Shown piece after piece: positions 42,170 through 52,774 of a stretch of DNA of 64,000 nucleotides. The notes beneath the pieces were generated by a model. That model was given only the letters and a program-made list of their open reading frames with translations. It searched no databases and was not told the origin of the DNA. This DNA is from Gammaproteobacteria bacterium (GTDB lineage Bacteria > Pseudomonadota > Gammaproteobacteria > Eutrophobiales > Eutrophobiaceae), in NCBI GenBank assembly GCA_030829985.1, contig JAURNW010000035.1, positions 4,091-68,090 of the forward strand, read 5' to 3'. Positions within the stretch are counted from its first letter, which is position 1, and the number at the start of each line of letters is the position of its first letter. A program made the position numbers and the translations under genes.

Positions 42170-42689
42170 ATTACTATTGGCAATAACTTTAGCGTCAATG
42201 ATGAATTGTACGTTCGCGTTATCAACCGATAAACAACAGGATATCGAGATTGAAGCCGACTCGGCCGAGATGGACGACATCAAGGGCATTACTATCTATA
42301 GAGGAGATGTTGTCGTTGTTCAAGGCAGTATTCGCATGACCGGACACACCATGACCGTATACAATGACAATAACGGTGAAACAGAACTCGTCATTATGCA
42401 GGGAAAACCGGCTACCTATAAACAACTGCCTGACGATAGCAAAATATATGATGAAGCCGAGGCATTACAAATGGAGTATTATGCTCTGAAGGACTATGTC
42501 ATTTTGATTGATAATGCGTTGGTCACCCAGGAAGGTCTGCGTTTTAGTGGTAGTCGTATTGAATATGATACGGTTCTGAGCCAGGTCAAGGCTAAAGGCT
42601 CAACAAAAACAAGCAAGGCCGCGGGAGAGGACACTAAGAAAAAAAGCGATGGTCGTGTAAAAATAACAATTAAAAAGAAAGAAGAGTAA
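42132..42689 (+). CDS. lptA: LPS export periplasmic protein LptA
   Basis: Signal peptide MYKRQ...CTFALS and an OstA-like N-terminal domain. Start taken at the internal ATG; it overlaps lptC by 38 nt. Confidence 0.85.
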   Translation: MYKRQLNQDKSPRLLLAITLASMMNCTFALSTDKQQDIEIEADSAEMDDIKGITIYRGDVVVVQGSIRMTGHTMTVYNDNNGETELVIMQGKPATYKQLPDDSKIYDEAEALQMEYYALKDYVILIDNALVTQEGLRFSGSRIEYDTVLSQVKAKGSTKTSKAAGEDTKKKSDGRVKITIKKKEE

Positions 42690-42806
42690 TAACAATTATG
42701 AAACAGGAACACTTGCATTCAATAAATCTTAATGCGCACTGCGAATAATACTCTTAGATGTAATTAAAATTGTCTGATTAGTTAATATCTTCCTAAGCAT
42801 ACTGCT

Positions 42807-43532
42807 ATGAGTATTTTATCCGTGCGTCATTTATCAAAATCGTATCGATCCAGAAAGGTCGTAACGGATGTCAGTCTGTCTGTACAAAGCGGTGAAACAA
42901 TTGGTTTGCTAGGACCCAATGGTGCAGGCAAGACAACCAGCTTTTATATGATAGTTGGCCTGGTGCCATCAGACAGTGGCACGATACACCTTGATAATAA
43001 AGAAATAAGTAGATTGAGTATGGATGAACGTTCACACCTTGGTCTCGGTTACTTGCCTCAAGAAGCATCAGTGTTCAGAAAATTAACGGTCGAAGATAAT
43101 ATTATGGCAATACTTGAAACGCGCATGCCGAATGACCAGCAAAAGGCAAAACAGCGACTTGAGCTTCTGTTGCAAGAGTTTCACATTGCCCATCTCCGGT
43201 ATAATTTAGGCATGAGTTTGTCCGGGGGAGAGCGTAGACGCCTTGAGATAGCCAGAGCACTTGCCTCAGAACCCCGTTTTTTGTTACTTGACGAACCATT
43301 TGCAGGCATTGATCCTATCTCAATCAATGATATACAGCGTTTAATCCATCGGCTTTGCGATCACGGGATTGGCATAATTATCACGGATCATAATGTTCGT
43401 GAAACACTGGGTACCTGTGATCGAGCTTATATTGTCAATGACGGCAAGATCCTGGCCGAAGGATCACCGGAAGAAATACTAAATAACGAACAAGTAAGGG
43501 ATGTCTATCTGGGGGAACAGTTTTCATTATAG
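42807..43532 (+). CDS. lptB: LPS export ABC ATPase LptB
   Basis: Walker [10 protein letters not shown] and the LSGGE signature. Confidence 0.93.
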   Translation: MSILSVRHLSKSYRSRKVVTDVSLSVQSGETIGLLGPNGAGKTTSFYMIVGLVPSDSGTIHLDNKEISRLSMDERSHLGLGYLPQEASVFRKLTVEDNIMAILETRMPNDQQKAKQRLELLLQEFHIAHLRYNLGMSLSGGERRRLEIARALASEPRFLLLDEPFAGIDPISINDIQRLIHRLCDHGIGIIITDHNVRETLGTCDRAYIVNDGKILAEGSPEEILNNEQVRDVYLGEQFSL

Positions 43533-43589
43533 GTTTTTGAATGTTTGTATTAATTCAAACCGACAGGATTTAAGTTAAACTTATTATAT

Positions 43590-45059
43590 ATGAAGCAATC
43601 TTTACAATTAAAAATTGGCCAAAGCCTGACGATGACCCCGCAATTACAGCAGGCAATTCGTCTGCTGCAATTATCCAGCATAGAACTCCAGGCGGAAGTT
43701 CAAGAGGCACTTGAATCCAATATGATGTTGGAAATGGATGACGGCGATAGCGAGCAAAAATCTTCAGAAGAAAATTCAAACAGAGAGCCAGAGGGAAAGA
43801 AAGAAGCAGACTCAACTGACAAGGTAACTGACTTAAACCAGGATACTATGCCAGATGAACTCGCGGTAGACAGTGGCTGGGATGATATTTATGACAGCGT
43901 GCCTAATTACGCAAAATCGAATACCGATAAAAACAGCTATGATGGTTTTGAAAATCAGGACTCAAGTAAAAACACACTGCGCGAACATCTTGAGTGGCAG
44001 CTGAACCTTGCACAAATAAACGATAGCGATAAAGTAATCGCAATGACCATTATCGACTCACTGGATGATGATGGTTATTTAATGGGTGCACTGGAAGAAA
44101 TCCTGGCAGCAGTCGAAGAAGACCTTGAAGATGTTGGAATTGAAGAGGTTGAAGCTGTCCTGAGAATGATACAGTCAATGGGCCCGGCAGGTGTAGGGGC
44201 CAGAGACATACAAGAATGTCTTTGTTTACAGCTAAAACAATGTAATGTAGACACGTTTCGACTGGAAGAAGCAAAAGTACTGATTGATAATTATCTGGAT
44301 TTACTGGCGGCACATGATTACAACCAGTTAATGCGCAAGATGAAACTGGATCAGGAAGAACTGACGGAAGTCGTAAAATTAATTCAGTCAATGAACCCTC
44401 GACCCGGCAATGAAATTAGCGACGCCTACACTGAATACGTAATTCCGGATGTCTATGTCAAAAAAGTAAAGGGTGTCTGGAAGGTTGAGCTGAATACCGA
44501 TGGAATTCCGAATCTAAAAATAAATTCAACTTATGCCAACATGATTCGGCGCGCAGACAACAGTGATGACAATACTTCTCTTAAAACGCATCTACAAGAA
44601 GCGCGCTGGTTTATTAAAAGCATACGCAGTCGCAGTGAAACACTATTACGCGTGACCACGTGCATAGTAGAACGACAAAGAGCATTCCTGGAGCATGGTG
44701 ATGAGGCTATGAAGCCATTGGTGTTACATGATGTTGCTGAAACACTAGGCATGCATGAATCTACTATTTCCAGAGTGACAACGCGTAAATATATGCACAC
44801 ACCTCGTGGAATCTTCGAGCTAAAATATTTCTTTTCCAGTCATGTCGGCACCAATTATGGTGGCGTCTGTTCATCCACAGCAATACGCGCACTCATTAAA
44901 AAATTAATAAGTGCTGAAACACCAAATAAACCACTTAGTGATAGTAAATTAGCAGCAATACTGGAAGATCAGGGAATTAATGTTGCCAGAAGAACTGTTG
45001 CAAAATACAGAGAAGCGATGGCAATACCACCATCAAATGAACGTAAACGGCTTTCTTGA
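43590..45059 (+). CDS. rpoN: RNA polymerase sigma-54 factor
   Basis: N-terminal Gln-rich activator-interacting region and a C-terminal RpoN box ([10 protein letters not shown]). Confidence 0.95.
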   Translation: MKQSLQLKIGQSLTMTPQLQQAIRLLQLSSIELQAEVQEALESNMMLEMDDGDSEQKSSEENSNREPEGKKEADSTDKVTDLNQDTMPDELAVDSGWDDIYDSVPNYAKSNTDKNSYDGFENQDSSKNTLREHLEWQLNLAQINDSDKVIAMTIIDSLDDDGYLMGALEEILAAVEEDLEDVGIEEVEAVLRMIQSMGPAGVGARDIQECLCLQLKQCNVDTFRLEEAKVLIDNYLDLLAAHDYNQLMRKMKLDQEELTEVVKLIQSMNPRPGNEISDAYTEYVIPDVYVKKVKGVWKVELNTDGIPNLKINSTYANMIRRADNSDDNTSLKTHLQEARWFIKSIRSRSETLLRVTTCIVERQRAFLEHGDEAMKPLVLHDVAETLGMHESTISRVTTRKYMHTPRGIFELKYFFSSHVGTNYGGVCSSTAIRALIKKLISAETPNKPLSDSKLAAILEDQGINVARRTVAKYREAMAIPPSNERKRLS

Positions 45060-45087
45060 TAATAATAATTTTTGACAGGAGTAAATT

Positions 45088-45414
45088 ATGCTAATTAATG
45101 TAACAGGCCATCATATTGACATAACCAGCTCATTAAAATCATATGTTGAAACAAAATTCGAACGACTTGAAAGACACTTCGAACATATTACAAACATCCA
45201 TGTCATATTGAGCGTGGAAAAAGAGCGACAAAAAGCAGAAGCAACCGTACACGTCAATCGTGGAAATTTATTTGCTAATGATGAGCAGTCCGATATGTAT
45301 GCTGCCATAGATGGCCTGACTGACAAACTTGATCGACAATTAAAAAAACACAAGGAAAAGTTAACGGATCATCACCGGGAACAAGGCGGACTTAAAGATC
45401 AAGAGATTGAATAG
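45088..45414 (+). CDS. hpf: Ribosome hibernation promoting factor
   Basis: MLINVTGHHIDIT..., 108 aa of the RaiA/HPF family. Confidence 0.9.
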   Translation: MLINVTGHHIDITSSLKSYVETKFERLERHFEHITNIHVILSVEKERQKAEATVHVNRGNLFANDEQSDMYAAIDGLTDKLDRQLKKHKEKLTDHHREQGGLKDQEIE

Positions 45415-45454
45415 TCTCATATCCTTTTAATTATTTATCAAAAAATATAATAGT

Positions 45455-45901
45455 ATGAATATCTCAGATATTTTATTGCCGGAATGCATCCTCCTCGATA
45501 TGGACTGTCATAGTAAAAAAGATGCTTTGGACACCTTGGCTAAAACCATTGCTGATTCAGATAGTGAGACATCTCAAACAGAAGTGTTTGATTGTTTATG
45601 TGCACGAGAAAGGTTGGGCAGTACCGGTCTTGGCAATGGCATCGCGATTCCTCATGGACGACTAAAAAATAGCAAAAAAACAATTGCTGCGTTTTTACAG
45701 CTTGATGATGCAATAGATTATGACGCAGTTGATAAAGCGCCTGTTGATTTGCTTTTTGCATTGATCGTGCCGGAAGATTCAACTGAAGAACATCTGCAAA
45801 CGCTGGCATCATTAGCCGAAACGTTTAGTAATCCTGAGATTGTCAGCAAACTAAGACAGTCTGGATCTTCGGCGGAAGTGTTTTCATTATTAACAGGCTG
45901 A
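45455..45901 (+). CDS. ptsN: PTS EIIA-Ntr
   Basis: EIIA(Fru/Ntr) family with the active-site His in GNGIAIPHG. Confidence 0.9.
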   Translation: MNISDILLPECILLDMDCHSKKDALDTLAKTIADSDSETSQTEVFDCLCARERLGSTGLGNGIAIPHGRLKNSKKTIAAFLQLDDAIDYDAVDKAPVDLLFALIVPEDSTEEHLQTLASLAETFSNPEIVSKLRQSGSSAEVFSLLTG

Positions 45902-45905
45902 CAAT

Positions 45906-46928
45906 ATGCCAGGACTCACAGACCAATTAAGCATAGAAGATCTCTATAATATACATCATGATAAATTAGAGCTTGAATGGGTAGCGGGTCAACAGGGAGC
46001 CAAACATGCGATCATTCGCGATGAAGACTCTGCTTCTACAGTCAAAAAAACAATAAAGAAGCCCGGCAAGAAAAAGCAACCCGGCAAAGCAGAAACGTCT
46101 CGTAGTTTGTCACTGGTCGGCCATTTGAATTTGATTCACCCGCATCAGATTCAGATTATCGGTAATATTGAAATCAAATATCTTGAAAGCTTGAGAGATA
46201 TTTCCATGCAAGATGCGGTAGTACAGATATTTCGTAGTCAGCCGGCATGCGTCATCATTGCAGACGGATGCGAAGTACCCACCTTGATCAAGCGTAAAAG
46301 CAACGAACACAGCATTCCATTATTTTCTACGCCGATAAACAGCGGCAAACTTTCGGATGTTCTGCATTATTTTCTAAGTAATTTATTTGCGGACATGCTT
46401 ACCCTGCACGGCGTATATATGGAAGTCATGGCTATTGGCGTTTTGATAACCGGTCCCAGCGGCATTGGTAAAAGCGAGTTGGCTCTCGAGCTGATTTCAC
46501 GAGGACATCGATTGATTGCAGATGATGCGCCTTTGTTTTCCAGGATAGCACCGGATATTATCGATGGAACATGCCCTGAGACATTACAGGATTTTCTCGA
46601 AGTCAGAGGGCTGGGAATTATTAATGTACGGGAATTATTTGGTGACAGTGCTATCAAGAAAAACAAATACCTCAAGTTGATAGTGCAATTACAGCCCATG
46701 GACACAAAAAATTTATTATCGCTGGATAGACTTGAAGGGAGTTATAACACGCGTAGTATTCTAGATATGGAAATTCCAGAGATAACCTTGCCCGTTGCAC
46801 CGGGTCGTAATCTGGCAATCATGATGGAGTGTGCTGCTCGAAACCATATATTACGAGTTAGTGGCTATGATGCTGCAGAAACATTTGCAAAAAGACAAGC
46901 AAGGTTAATAGAGTCGGGCGGAAAATAA
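45906..46928 (+). CDS. hprK: HPr kinase/phosphorylase
   Basis: P-loop GPSGIGKSE and the HprK signature LIADD. Confidence 0.88.
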   Translation: MPGLTDQLSIEDLYNIHHDKLELEWVAGQQGAKHAIIRDEDSASTVKKTIKKPGKKKQPGKAETSRSLSLVGHLNLIHPHQIQIIGNIEIKYLESLRDISMQDAVVQIFRSQPACVIIADGCEVPTLIKRKSNEHSIPLFSTPINSGKLSDVLHYFLSNLFADMLTLHGVYMEVMAIGVLITGPSGIGKSELALELISRGHRLIADDAPLFSRIAPDIIDGTCPETLQDFLEVRGLGIINVRELFGDSAIKKNKYLKLIVQLQPMDTKNLLSLDRLEGSYNTRSILDMEIPEITLPVAPGRNLAIMMECAARNHILRVSGYDAAETFAKRQARLIESGGK

Positions 46929-47798
46929 ATGAACGCAAAAGATCGTCGGCTTATCATTGTTAGCGGTTTATCTGGAGCAGGCAAAACAGTTGTACTGAAT
47001 ACACTTGAAGATCTCTCTTATTATACCATCGACAACCTCCCAATTAGCTTGCTTGATGAATTAATCAGCCAGTTTTCAAAAGCTGATAGCAATCTGGCTC
47101 ATCTGGTTGCCATAGGGATTGATGCGCGCAATAACAAGGATGATCTTGCCTGCTTACCGGCACGCGTTAAATTATTGTCAGAACAAGAGCTATCAACTGA
47201 GCTTATATATATCGATGCTAGCGATGAAACTCTGACAAAACGATTTAGTGAAACACGTCGTAAACATCCGCTATCTTCAGATTCAGTTTCTTTGCTTGAT
47301 GCTATCCATCAAGAACGCGAATCAACAATGGAAATAGCGCAGGCTGCAGACCTAAGGGTTGATACCAGCCATATGCAGTTAAGTGAACTGCGCAATATTG
47401 TTCGTGAACGAATTGCGCATAGAAATCAGACTGACCTGTCTTTACAGTTTATTTCTTTTGGATATAAAAATGGTATCCCCAGAGATTCTGATTTCGTCTT
47501 TGATCTTCGATGCTTGCCAAATCCTTATTGGAAAAAACACCTGCGGCAATATTCAGGGAGAGATGAACCTGTCATACAATTTTTATCAAAGCAAAATAAT
47601 GTTAAAGAGATGTTAAATGACCTTGAGCACTTCCTCGAACGTTGGATACCTGAATTTGAAGCGGACAATCGCAGTTACTTAAGTATTGCCTTCGGTTGCA
47701 CAGGAGGCCACCATCGCTCTGTATTTGTAGCGGAACAACTGGCGAAAAAATTTATAGCCCAGGGGAAAAAAGTCATTATGAGGCATCGGGATTTATAA
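46929..47798 (+). CDS. rapZ: RNase adapter protein RapZ (YhbJ)
   Basis: Walker A GLSGAGKT, 289 aa. Confidence 0.9.
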   Translation: MNAKDRRLIIVSGLSGAGKTVVLNTLEDLSYYTIDNLPISLLDELISQFSKADSNLAHLVAIGIDARNNKDDLACLPARVKLLSEQELSTELIYIDASDETLTKRFSETRRKHPLSSDSVSLLDAIHQERESTMEIAQAADLRVDTSHMQLSELRNIVRERIAHRNQTDLSLQFISFGYKNGIPRDSDFVFDLRCLPNPYWKKHLRQYSGRDEPVIQFLSKQNNVKEMLNDLEHFLERWIPEFEADNRSYLSIAFGCTGGHHRSVFVAEQLAKKFIAQGKKVIMRHRDL

Positions 47799-47800
47799 TT

Positions 47801-48208
47801 ATGAGCGTAGGACTATTAATAATTTCGCATAATGGAATTGGCGCAGCTTTGTTCGGGACAGCTAACTATATGATTCCGGACACACCATTAAACGTAAAAC
47901 TATTATCGGCTAACCGCGAAAGCGATCCTGATGAACTATTCGAATCAGCAACACTATTAGTAGAAGAGCTTGATGATGGAGATGGTGTATTAGTGTTAAC
48001 AGATTTGTATGGCTCAACTCCGAGCAACATAGCACACCGTTTACGTGGTCAGACTAAAATCAATATTGTAACCGGCCTGAACCTGTCCATGTTGATCCGT
48101 ATCCTGAATTATCCAAATCTCGGTCTCACTGATATGACGGATAAAGCATACAGCGGTGGGATGGATGGCATCACAATCGATCAAGGAAATATCGCAAATG
48201 AATCATAA
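47801..48208 (+). CDS. PTS EIIA component, mannose/fructose (EIIA-Man) family
   Basis: MSVGLLIISHNGIGAALF... with the phosphorylatable His in ISHNG. Start at the ATG at 47801, just after rapZ. Confidence 0.8.
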   Translation: MSVGLLIISHNGIGAALFGTANYMIPDTPLNVKLLSANRESDPDELFESATLLVEELDDGDGVLVLTDLYGSTPSNIAHRLRGQTKINIVTGLNLSMLIRILNYPNLGLTDMTDKAYSGGMDGITIDQGNIANES

Positions 48209-48467
48209 AAAAATCACCATAATAAACAAACTGGGATTACACGCTCGAGCAGCAGCTAAATTTGTTCAAGAGGCAGCTCGCTTTAATGCTGAGATCAATA
48301 TCAATTCAGGTCATCGCGAAGTTAGCGGCAAAAGTATTATGGGAATTATGATGCTGGCAGCCGGGAAGGGAACAGAGATTGAAATCAAGACGGTTGGCCC
48401 GGACGAAAATGAAGCCATGGCAGCATTAGAAACTTTGATTAACGATAAGTTTGGCGAGGACGAATGA
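48198..48467 (+). CDS. ptsH: Phosphocarrier protein HPr
   Basis: GLHARAAA active-site His15 region. AAGGAAA ribosome-binding site ahead of the ATG at 48198. Confidence 0.88.
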   Translation: MNHKKITIINKLGLHARAAAKFVQEAARFNAEININSGHREVSGKSIMGIMMLAAGKGTEIEIKTVGPDENEAMAALETLINDKFGEDE

Positions 48468-50212
48468 CCATATCGCTTCAGGGTGTCAGTGTTTCTCGTG
48501 GTGTCGCAATAGGACAGGTTCATATTGTTCAACGTGACCAGCTTGATGTGCATGAATATAAAATCCGCAAGACGCAACTCGATGATGAAATATTACGTTT
48601 TAATGATGCAATAGCCCTTTCCCGCCAACAGTTGCGCGCTATTCGCGATCATATTCCTGTCTCAACTTCCGTCGATATATCTGCATTTCTGGATACACAC
48701 TTATTGATGCTGGAAGACGTTACATTGGCTGAAGAACCAAAAAGAATTATTAAAGAGCGCTTATGTAATGCTGAATGGGCACTTAAATTACAGCGTGATG
48801 CATTAGTTAATGTATTTAATGAAATGGCTGACTCCTATCTCAGCACAAGACGTGATGATGTTGATCATGTCGTTAATAGAATCTTGCGTGTTTTATTAAA
48901 CCAAAAACCTTTGCTGCATGAAGTCCCGAATAACAATATAAAAAACAGAATAATAATCGCGGATGACTTAACGCCATCGGACACGGTATTAATGCAACAT
49001 TATGGTATCGCTGCCTTCGCAACAGAGTATGGTGGCCCTACGTCACACACCGCTATTCTCGCACGAAGTCTGGGTATTCCCGCGATCATTGGATTACATA
49101 ACGCACACCGTTTTATTAAGAATGATGACATGGTCATCGTAGATGGCAGCACTGGTGTCGTACTGGTTGACCCCGACAGATCAACAAAAAGTTACTATGA
49201 AAAAAGTCAGCGCGATGAAAAACGGTACTATGTATCTTTAGGCAAACTCAAGAACGCGCCAACACAATCTAAAGATGGAATATCTATAATGCTTATGGCG
49301 AATATTGAGTTACCTAAGGATTTTGAATCTGTCAGAGATGTAGGTGCAAAAGGTGTAGGACTATATCGAACTGAATTCCTTTATATGAATCGCGAAACAC
49401 CGCCGGATGAAGAAGAACATTACGAAACATATTTAAATGTACTTAAAGCATTACGTGGATTACCGTTGACTATACGTACTCTGGATCTCGGTGCAGATAA
49501 ACAGGTCGATGGGGCAGGTAATCAAACAGGACATGTTCGGTCAAATCCAGCTCTGGGTCTGCGCGCAATACGTTTATGTCTGAAAGAACCTGAGCTGTTC
49601 CGACCGCAATTACGGGCGATGTTAAGAGCTTCCGCACATGGACCAGTAAGGATAATGATCCCAATGCTGACGAATATCCAGGAAATGCAACAGGTCTTGC
49701 AAATGATCGATGATCTAAAAAAAGAGCTTGATAACCAATTAATTAAATATGATACGGATATAAAAATTGGTGGCATGATTGAAGTCCCGGCAGCTGCAAT
49801 ATGCGCAGACATTTTTGCCAAAAAACTGGACTTTTTATCTATCGGAACTAATGATCTTATTCAATACACCATGGCCATTGATCGTGTGAACGACGAGGTT
49901 AACTACCTGTATGATCCTTTACATCCAGCGGTATTGAGATTAATAAAAACTACGATTGACGCCGGTAAAAAAGCCGGCATACCGGTATCGATGTGCGGTG
50001 AAATGGCGGGCGAAAAAGAACACACTCAATTACTGCTTGGTTTAGGTTTAAGAGAATTCAGTGTGCATACCTCGGCATTACTGGAAGTTAAAAAGATTAT
50101 AAATAATACTGATATCAGCGAACTTAAAACTCTGACAAAAAAAGTCCTCAATGCTGCAACTGGCGCAGAAATAAACCTGTTGCTGCAACAACTAGCAACT
50201 GAAACTGCGTAA
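48464..50212 (+). CDS. ptsI: Phosphoenolpyruvate-protein phosphotransferase (Enzyme I)
   Basis: 582 aa, PEP-utilising enzyme domains. Confidence 0.92.
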   Translation: MTISLQGVSVSRGVAIGQVHIVQRDQLDVHEYKIRKTQLDDEILRFNDAIALSRQQLRAIRDHIPVSTSVDISAFLDTHLLMLEDVTLAEEPKRIIKERLCNAEWALKLQRDALVNVFNEMADSYLSTRRDDVDHVVNRILRVLLNQKPLLHEVPNNNIKNRIIIADDLTPSDTVLMQHYGIAAFATEYGGPTSHTAILARSLGIPAIIGLHNAHRFIKNDDMVIVDGSTGVVLVDPDRSTKSYYEKSQRDEKRYYVSLGKLKNAPTQSKDGISIMLMANIELPKDFESVRDVGAKGVGLYRTEFLYMNRETPPDEEEHYETYLNVLKALRGLPLTIRTLDLGADKQVDGAGNQTGHVRSNPALGLRAIRLCLKEPELFRPQLRAMLRASAHGPVRIMIPMLTNIQEMQQVLQMIDDLKKELDNQLIKYDTDIKIGGMIEVPAAAICADIFAKKLDFLSIGTNDLIQYTMAIDRVNDEVNYLYDPLHPAVLRLIKTTIDAGKKAGIPVSMCGEMAGEKEHTQLLLGLGLREFSVHTSALLEVKKIINNTDISELKTLTKKVLNAATGAEINLLLQQLATETA

Positions 50213-50301
50213 CAAGCTTTTCATATATTTGTAATACACATGTTTAGCATTGCGATGCTAGCACTGATAGACTCTTCTCTATAATACTCCTGGCCATAAT
50301 T

Positions 50302-51657
50302 ATGGAAGAAATTACTCAACAAGAACCAGCATTATCAGCAATAGACTCATTGCATGAAGCGCTAGATCAAGAAAATATTGAACTTGCGCGTGATGTTATT
50401 GGCTCCCTTCACCCTTCAGAAATTGCAGATGTTATTGAAAGCATGCCCGGGTATGAACGTGATAATCTCTGGCAACTAATAGACTCCGAACTTGAAGGTG
50501 ATGTCCTGTCTCATATGCAGGACTCAGTACGAACCGAATTTCTGGAACAAATGCACCCGGATCGCTTGGCCGATGCAACCAAAAATCTGGATGCGGATGA
50601 TGTCGCTGACATATTGCAAGACTTACCTGAAGATGTTGCAGATACAGTTTTGCGATCTATGGATGAACAAAATCTGCAACGTTTATCCTCCATTCTTACC
50701 TACGCTGAAGATACTGCTGGCGGCCTAATGAACATTGACGTTGTCTCCGTAAGGGCTGACGTCACTCTGGATACCGTTGCACGATATATTAGATTACTTG
50801 GTTCAATCCCCGAAAAAACAGATAACCTTATGGTGGTAGATCGTGACAACCATTACTTAGGCGTGCTTCCCTTAACAGAACTACTGGTGAGAGATCCACA
50901 ATCAACGATCGGAGTCTGGATGGAAGAAGAATCTTATCTCTCTGCCAATACACCGAAAACTGAGGTGGCAAAATTATTTGAACAACGAGACCTGTTATCT
51001 GCCGCTGTAATCGACGAAGAGGGTCGCCTGCTTGGTCGTATCACCATTGATGACGTCGTCGATGTTATTCAGGAGGCCGCTGAACAAGCCGTAAGAAGCA
51101 TGGCCGGTTTAGGTGAAGATGATATGTTTTCGCCGGTATTCGTAACAACAAAACGTCGTGCCATTTGGCTTGGCATAAATCTACTAACAGCATTCCTTGC
51201 GGCATGGGTCATCGGTCGGTTTGAAGACACTATTCATGAACTCGTCGCGCTCGCCGTACTGATGCCGGTTGTTGCTGGAATGGGAGGTATCGCTGGCAGC
51301 CAAACACTGACGATTGCTATTAGAGGTATCGCGCTTGGACAGATTGTTAAAACCAACATAAAACCGTTGCTTAAAAAAGAACTTACCGTTGGAATCCTGA
51401 ATGGAGTTTTATGGTCAAGCGTGGTTGCAGGCATTGTACTCTTATGGTTCGACGATCCTTCTCTTGGCCTCATCATCGGCGTATCGATGCTCATCAATCT
51501 TGTCATCGCCGCCTTTGCTGGCGCAATGATTCCTTTAATACTTAAACGTTACGGGATTGACCCTGCTGTTGCCGGTGGCGTTATCTTAACCACAGTAACC
51601 GATGTTGTCGGGTTTATGACTTTCCTTGGATTAGCGACTATTTTTCTTATTACATAA
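50302..51657 (+). CDS. mgtE: Magnesium transporter MgtE
   Basis: N-terminal domain, tandem CBS domains, and a C-terminal transmembrane domain. Confidence 0.92.
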   Translation: MEEITQQEPALSAIDSLHEALDQENIELARDVIGSLHPSEIADVIESMPGYERDNLWQLIDSELEGDVLSHMQDSVRTEFLEQMHPDRLADATKNLDADDVADILQDLPEDVADTVLRSMDEQNLQRLSSILTYAEDTAGGLMNIDVVSVRADVTLDTVARYIRLLGSIPEKTDNLMVVDRDNHYLGVLPLTELLVRDPQSTIGVWMEEESYLSANTPKTEVAKLFEQRDLLSAAVIDEEGRLLGRITIDDVVDVIQEAAEQAVRSMAGLGEDDMFSPVFVTTKRRAIWLGINLLTAFLAAWVIGRFEDTIHELVALAVLMPVVAGMGGIAGSQTLTIAIRGIALGQIVKTNIKPLLKKELTVGILNGVLWSSVVAGIVLLWFDDPSLGLIIGVSMLINLVIAAFAGAMIPLILKRYGIDPAVAGGVILTTVTDVVGFMTFLGLATIFLIT

Positions 51658-51709
51658 GCTGTAAGTATTTTAAATATAATTATTTTTTAATAACGGCGTA
51701 AGTTTTATA

Positions 51710-52114
51710 TCACCAACTATTTATATCCCTCAGATATTTTTCCAAGTACTTCTTTTCAAATTCTGCCAGACTCCATGGCTCATCTGCCATAAGATGTTTA
51801 TACTCATCTTTAATGACATAAACAAACGCTTGTTGAGCTTCATTTTTAATATCTACCAAACAGCGTTCATATAAAATATCTTCGAATTGGTCAAGCAATA
51901 CTAATGCATGGTCGCTAAGGCCAGAATACAGAATACCCTCGATAGTTTTATTTGGGTTTCTAATAATGCCAGGGTAAGTTTTATTTTTGATCTTGAAACG
52001 TTGATAGCCATTTAATGTGGCTGGAGAAGATTGAAAATCAACACCAACAACCAGCTGCATTACTTCCGGTATTTGTAGTGTGCCGTAGGTAAAAACAGAA
52101 TGTGTAGATGTCAT
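51710..52114 (-). CDS. Gamma-glutamylcyclotransferase (AIG2-like) family protein
   Basis: N-terminal FTYGTLQ motif. Confidence 0.75.
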   Translation of the reverse strand: MTSTHSVFTYGTLQIPEVMQLVVGVDFQSSPATLNGYQRFKIKNKTYPGIIRNPNKTIEGILYSGLSDHALVLLDQFEDILYERCLVDIKNEAQQAFVYVIKDEYKHLMADEPWSLAEFEKKYLEKYLRDINSW

Positions 52115-52252
52115 AAAAGTCGATTATATCTGCGAAATGCTGTAACTACTCAGATGAATAACCTTCTAGAAATTATCTGTACTACCACATGAAAATAAGC
52201 AGGTATTGGCAACCCGATTTATGTTTTGTGCTGGTCAGGTAAAAAATTCAAG

Positions 52253-52594
52253 CTACCAGGTAAACAACACCCATTCAGGAACCTCAGGATCCTTCAGCTC
52301 ATAGTGGGTCGGGTCCAGCTTACCGTTGCCATCCATGTCCTTCAAATAATAAGCCGGACCAACAACTGGCGTTATCTTGACCATATAAAGTTGGCCATTA
52401 ACCCGGTATTCCTCAATCACTGCATCATCTTTACGGATAATAGTAACTTCCGGCTCAATACTTTCCCCGCTAGCAACCGGATCAGGCAACTCCGGCGGTT
52501 CGGGAACAGGCTCCAGGCCACCCGGGTTTGAATTGCCCGCCATTACAAATGACGATGCCATTAGCAGTCCCAATATGATAATAAACCTTTTCAT
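52253..52594 (-). CDS. DUF2782-family periplasmic protein
   Basis: Signal peptide and the conserved YRVNGQLYMVKITP motif. Usually a neighbour of polA. Confidence 0.7.
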   Translation of the reverse strand: MKRFIIILGLLMASSFVMAGNSNPGGLEPVPEPPELPDPVASGESIEPEVTIIRKDDAVIEEYRVNGQLYMVKITPVVGPAYYLKDMDGNGKLDPTHYELKDPEVPEWVLFTW

Positions 52595-52774
52595 GCTGTC
52601 CTATCCTTTACAGGTGTTGTGAATCTACTTTACCACCTCAACCTGTATAGATGAAGCAGATCAATATGAATATCGAATATTACATAATTGCATCAGTAAA
52701 AGTCTGAGATTTTTCAGTGAAACTGTCATAATTTAACCTCGATAAAATAATTCAACTGACTAATTCGAAGACTT

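Noticed and set aside
50213-50301. Possible M-box (Mg2+) riboswitch upstream of mgtE
   Set aside because: The leader is only about 89 nt, far shorter than the roughly 160-nt M-box aptamer, and lacks its conserved elements.
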